This document shows positions 59,940 to 64,000 of a DNA stretch of 64,000 bases, one piece after another. Source of the DNA: Apus apus (Eukaryota); the NCBI RefSeq assembly GCF_020740795.1, contig NC_067310.1:493940-557939 (forward strand), in the 5' to 3' direction. The notes beneath the pieces are model-generated. The model saw only the letters and a program-made list of their open reading frames with translations, made no database searches and was not told where the DNA came from. Numbering within the stretch: the first letter of the stretch is position 1; every line of letters begins with the position of its first letter. The position numbers and the translations under genes are program-made.

Positions 59940-60200
59940 GCCTCTTCCACCTCCCCCCACTTTAGCAGCTCTTGGAGCAGGGGGCAGGGGCGGGGGGCAG
60001 GGATCAGCGCTCGGGGGTGCGGCGATCACGGGTGGGGGGCAGCCCTTGGCTGGGGGGACAGTGCCCGTGGTCGGGGGGGCAGTGCTCGTGGTTCGGGGGG
60101 TGTCCGCATCCCGGCGTTCTCACCCGCGTTCCTCCCTGCGTTCCCCACCCACACCCTGGTCCCTTCTCTTGCTGTGTCCCCCCACCCCCCACCATTCCCA
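59940..60200. other. G-run-rich block: (GGGG...)n with more than 12 runs of G3-7.
   Basis: Reads gggggcaggggcggggggcagggatc...ggtggggggcagcccttggctggggggacagtgcccgtggtcgggggggcag. Confidence 0.7.
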
Positions 60201-60489
60201 CCACACACCGACTGCCCCTTACCAGCACTCCCATCCCTTGCAGCTTCTCCCCAGAGCTAGAAACCGCCGGTGGCAGAACCTGCCCTGGCCCCAAGCTCCC
60301 TCACTGACTCCTCACCCGTCCCATGGACCCTCGGCCATGACTTCCACCTGGCACCGCATGGCCGCGCTGGCCCCGCCCTGCGTGGCAGCACAGGAAATGG
60401 CTGCCGCTCCTCCGGCCCCGCCCACCTGGCATTCACCAATCAGTGGGCAGCAGAACACTGCCCTGGCCACACCCACAAAGGGCGACCGA

Positions 60490-63400
60490 GTGTCTAGGGT
60501 TTAGGCTGTGGGTTTAAGGGACCAGGGTTAAGGGTATAGGGTCTGGAGTTAAGTACCCAGGGTCAAGGCTCTAGGGTCTAGTATTTAGTAACTAGGGTTA
60601 AGGATCTAGTGTCCACTGTCTAGATTGTAGTGTCTAGGGTTTAAGCTGTAAGCTTAAAGGTCTAGGGTCTGGAGTTCCATGCCCAGGGTTATGGGTCCAG
60701 TGTCTAGGGTCCAGTGTCTAGGCTTTAGGCTGTATGCTTAAGGGTCTAGAATTACAGGTCTAGGGTCTGGAGTTCAGTACCCAGGATTAAGGGTCTAGGG
60801 TCCAGTGTCTAGGCTCCAGTGTCTAGAGTCTAGTGTCTAGGGTTTAGGCTGTGGGATTAAGGGTCTAGGGTTAAAGATGTTGTGTCTGCAGTTAAATGCC
60901 CAGGGTCTATGGTTTAGTAAGTAGGATCCAACATCCAGGGTCCAGTGTCTAGGGTCTAGGCTGTAAGGTTAAGGGTCTAGAGTCCCGTGTCTCCGGTCTA
61001 GTGCCTAGGTTTTAGGCTGTAGGATTAAGGGTCTAGGGTCTGGAATTAAGTGACCAGGGTCAAGGGTCTAGCACCTAGGGTCCAGTGTCTAAAGGTTAGG
61101 CTGTATTCTTAAAGGTCCAGGGTTTGTCGTTAAGTGCCCAGGGTCTAGAGTTTGGTATCTAGCATGCAGTGTGTAGGAAGGTCTAAAGTTTACACTGTAG
61201 GCTTAAGGGTTATAGGAGTAGGGTCTGGAGTTATGTGCCCAGGATCAAGTGTCCAGTGTCTGGGGTCCAGTGTCTCGGGTTTAGGCTGTAGGCTTAAGGA
61301 CCTAGAGTTACAGTTCTAGGGTCTGGAATTCACTGCCCAGGATTAAGGGTCTAGAGACCAGTGTGTAGGGTCCAGTGTCTAGGCTTTAGCCTCTAGGCTT
61401 AAGGGTGTAGAGTTACGGATCTGGGGTCTGGAGTTAAGTGCTGAGGCTCAAGGGTCTAGCATCTAGGGTCCAGTGTCTAGGCTTTAGGCTGTAGGCTTAA
61501 GGGTGTAGGGTTACACATCTAGGGGCTGGAGTTAAGTCCACTAGGGTCCAGTGTCTAAGGTTTAGGCTGTAGGCTTAAGGGTCTAGAGTTAGGCGTCTGT
61601 GGTCTGGAGTTAATTCACCAGGGTCAAGGGTGTAGGGTTTAGAATCTAGGGTAAAGACTTGAGATTATAGGGTTTAGTGTCTAGGGTTTAGGCTGTGGGC
61701 TTAAGGGTCTAGAGTTACGGGTATAGGGTCTGGAGTTAAGTGCGCATGGTCAAGGCTCTAGGGTCTAGCGTTTATCTAGGGTTAAGGGTCTAGATTCCAG
61801 TGTCTAGGGTTTAGGCTGTAGGCTTAAGGGTCTAGAGTAACAGGTCTAGGGTTAAGGGTCTAAGGCTCTGGAGTTAAGTGCCCAGGCTCAAGGCTCTAGG
61901 GTCTAGCATCCAGTTTATAGGGTGCAGTGTATAGGGTTTAGGCTGTAGGCTTCATCATCTACAGTTACTGGTCTTGGGTCTTGATTTAAGTCAGAAGGGT
62001 CAAGGCTCAAGGGTCGAGCCTTTAGTATCTAGGCTTAAGGGTAGAGGGTCCAGTGTGTTGGGTCTAGGGTATAGGCTGTAGGCTTAAGTGTCTAGAGTTA
62101 CAGGTCTAGGGTCTGGCTTTAAGTGACCAGGGTCAAGAGGATAGGGTCTAGGGTCCAGTGTCTAGGGTTTAGGCTGTGGGCTTAGGGGTGAAGAGTTACA
62201 GGTGTAGGGTCTGGATTTAAGTCACCAGGGTCAAGGCTCTAGGGTTTACTATCTATGGTTAAGGGTCTAGGGTCCAGTGTCTAGGGTTTAGAATCTAGGG
62301 TAAACACTTGAGGTTATAGGATTTAGTGTCTAGGGTTCAGGCTGTAGGCTTAATGGTCTAGGGTTAAGTGTCCAGGGTGCAGAGTTAAGTGCCTAGGGTC
62401 AAGGGTCAAGTATGTAGGGTCCAATGTCTAATGTTTAGGGCTTAGGATGTAGCCTTAAGTGTCTAGAGTCTAGCATTTTTTGTCTAGGGTTAAGGGCCCA
62501 GGGTCCAGTGTCTAGGTTCTAGAGTTTATGCTATAGGCTTAAGCATGTAAAGGTACAGGTCTATGGTCTGGAGTTTAGTGCCCGGTGTCTAGGGTTTAGC
62601 TTTTAGTGTCTAGGGTTATGTGTGTAGGGTGTAGTGTCTAGGTTTTAGGCTGTGAGCTTCAGTGTGTGCGGTTTGGAGTTAAGTGCCCAGGGTCAATGCT
62701 GTAGGGTCTAGGGTTTAGGCTGTAGCCTTAACATTCTAGAGTTACGGGTTCAGGGTCTGGAGTTGAGTATCCAGGTTTAAGGGTCTAGGGTATAGTACCT
62801 AGTTTTAAAAGTCTAGGATTCAGTGTCTAGGGTCTACTGTCTAATGTTTAGGCTGTAGACTTAAGGGTCTAGGGTTAAGTGTCTAGGTCCTGGAGTTAAG
62901 TGCCCAGGATCTAGTGTCTAGAGTCTAGGGTTTATCTATAGGCTTAAGAGTCTATTGTTAAGGGTCTAGGGTGTGGCATTAAGTGCCCAAGATCAAGGGT
63001 GTATGATCTAGCGTCCAGTGTCTATGGTCCAGTTTCTAGGGTCAAGTGTCTAGGCTTTAGGCTGTAGGCTTAAGGGCCTAGGGCCTAGAGTTAAGTGCCC
63101 AGGATTAAGGGTCCAGTGTCAAGGCTCCACTGTCTAGGGTTTAGGCTGTAGGGTTAAGAGTCTAGAGTTATGCGTCTAGGGTATCGAATTAAGTGTCCAG
63201 GGTCAAGTCTCTAGTGTCTACGGTCCAGTGTCTAGGGTCCAGTTTCTAGGCTTTAGGCTGTAGGCTAAAGGGTGTAGAGTTACGGATCTAGGGTCTGGAA
63301 TTAAGTGCTGAGGCTCAAGGGTCTAGCGTCTAGGGTCCAGTGTCTAGGTTGTAGGCTGTAGGCTTAAGGGTCTAGGGATTAGTATCTAGGATTAAGGGTC

Positions 63401-63820
63401 TAGTGTCCATTGTCTCCAGTCTAGTGTCTAGGTTTTAGGCTGTAGGCTTAAGGATATAGAGTTACGGATCTCGGGTGTGGAGTTAAGTTCCCAGGGTCAA
63501 GGGTGGAGGGACTAGGGTTTAGTATCTAGGGTCGAGTGTCTGGGGTCTTGGATCTAGTATCTAGGGTTTATGCTGTAGGCTTAAGGGTCTAGGCTTAAGG
63601 GTCTAGGGTCTGGAGTTCAGTGGCCAGGGTTTAGGGACTAGGGTTTAGTATCCAATTCCGAGGGTCCAGGTTTTAGGCTGTAGACTTAAGAGTTCAGGGT
63701 CTAGGACTTAGTATCTAGGATTAATGGTCTAGTGTCCAATATCTCCAGTCTAGTGTCTAGGTTTTAGGCTGTAGGCTTAAGGATGTAGAGTTACGGGTCT
63801 AGGGTCTGGAGGATCCCCTA
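60490..63820. repeat. Second satellite family, 3.3 kb.
   Basis: Same motifs as 57300-57900, with an irregular 85-140-bp periodicity. Confidence 0.9.
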
Positions 63821-64000
63821 CAGTAGGTTCCACAGGAACACGTCCAGCTGGCTTTGGAATGTCTCCAAAGAAGGAGACTCCACAACCTCTCTGGGCAGCC
63901 TGTCCCAGGCCTCTGTCACCCTCACAGGAAAGAAGTTGTTCCTCATGTTCAGTTTGACTCTCCTGGGCTCCAGCTTGTGCCCATTGTCCCTTATCCTGTC
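63821..64000 (-). mobile_element. CR1 fragment duplicating 58413-58600. It is joined directly to the second satellite.
   Basis: gatcccctacagtaggttccacaggaacacgtccagctggctttggaatgtctccaaag... is identical to 58413 onward. Confidence 0.85.

Noticed and set aside
59972-60504. ORFs of 111-152 aa in the G-rich block.
   Set aside because: They are an artefact of G-run and GC-rich composition, with P/G/H-rich products.
50487-63820. A possible CRISPR-like array of regular short repeats.
   Set aside because: There are no unique spacers. This is vertebrate satellite DNA with 14-bp units, in a genome with CR1 and OR genes.
1-64000. A prokaryotic defence system, operon or other novel bacterial system.
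   Set aside because: The sequence is clearly vertebrate: single-exon GPCR olfactory receptors, CR1 LINEs, an ERV with LTR, PBS, gag and pro, and satellites. There are no operon-like gene arrays.

Overview
This window is vertebrate DNA, almost certainly avian, and contains no prokaryotic defence or other bacterial system. The main evidence is three olfactory receptor genes of the bird-expanded OR14-like clade, many 5'-truncated CR1 LINE copies ending in the (ATTCTRTG)n tail, and an endogenous retrovirus. The window is a repeat-dense mosaic. A partial ERV-L-like provirus sits on the minus strand at 1-3737. It carries a protease ORF with a DTGA motif (1-486), two gag-like ORFs (573-1577 and 1683-2765), an 18-nt primer-binding site that matches my recollection of the tRNA-Leu(CAA) 3' end, and a 5' LTR. 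At least five more copies or fragments of that LTR family lie elsewhere in the window. Three of them are fused at their 3' end to a 15-bp satellite whose unit contains the palindrome TGACGTCA. Two paralogous OR14-like genes look intact: 6534-7490 (minus) and 42716-43630 (plus). A third (17839-18708, minus) has an in-frame deletion of the TM3/DRY region, and two OR fragments are also present. The intact genes sit in large inverted segmental duplications, A/A' and B/B', which form an imperfect palindrome about 35 kb across. There are more than 10 kb of tandem satellite. One family has a 14-bp telomere-like sub-unit (CTAGGGTTAAGGGT) arranged in 28/42-bp higher-order units. A second, more complex family is built on GTCTAGGGTTTAGGCTGTAGGCTTAAGGGT. 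A both-ends-truncated CR1 is embedded in the first satellite. Long ORFs in the GC-rich block at 33.1-35.0 kb, and within the satellites, are compositional artefacts. I consider the most interesting items to be the LTR-satellite composite carrying the CRE-like motif, the OR palindrome, and the near-open-reading-frame ERV-L-like element.
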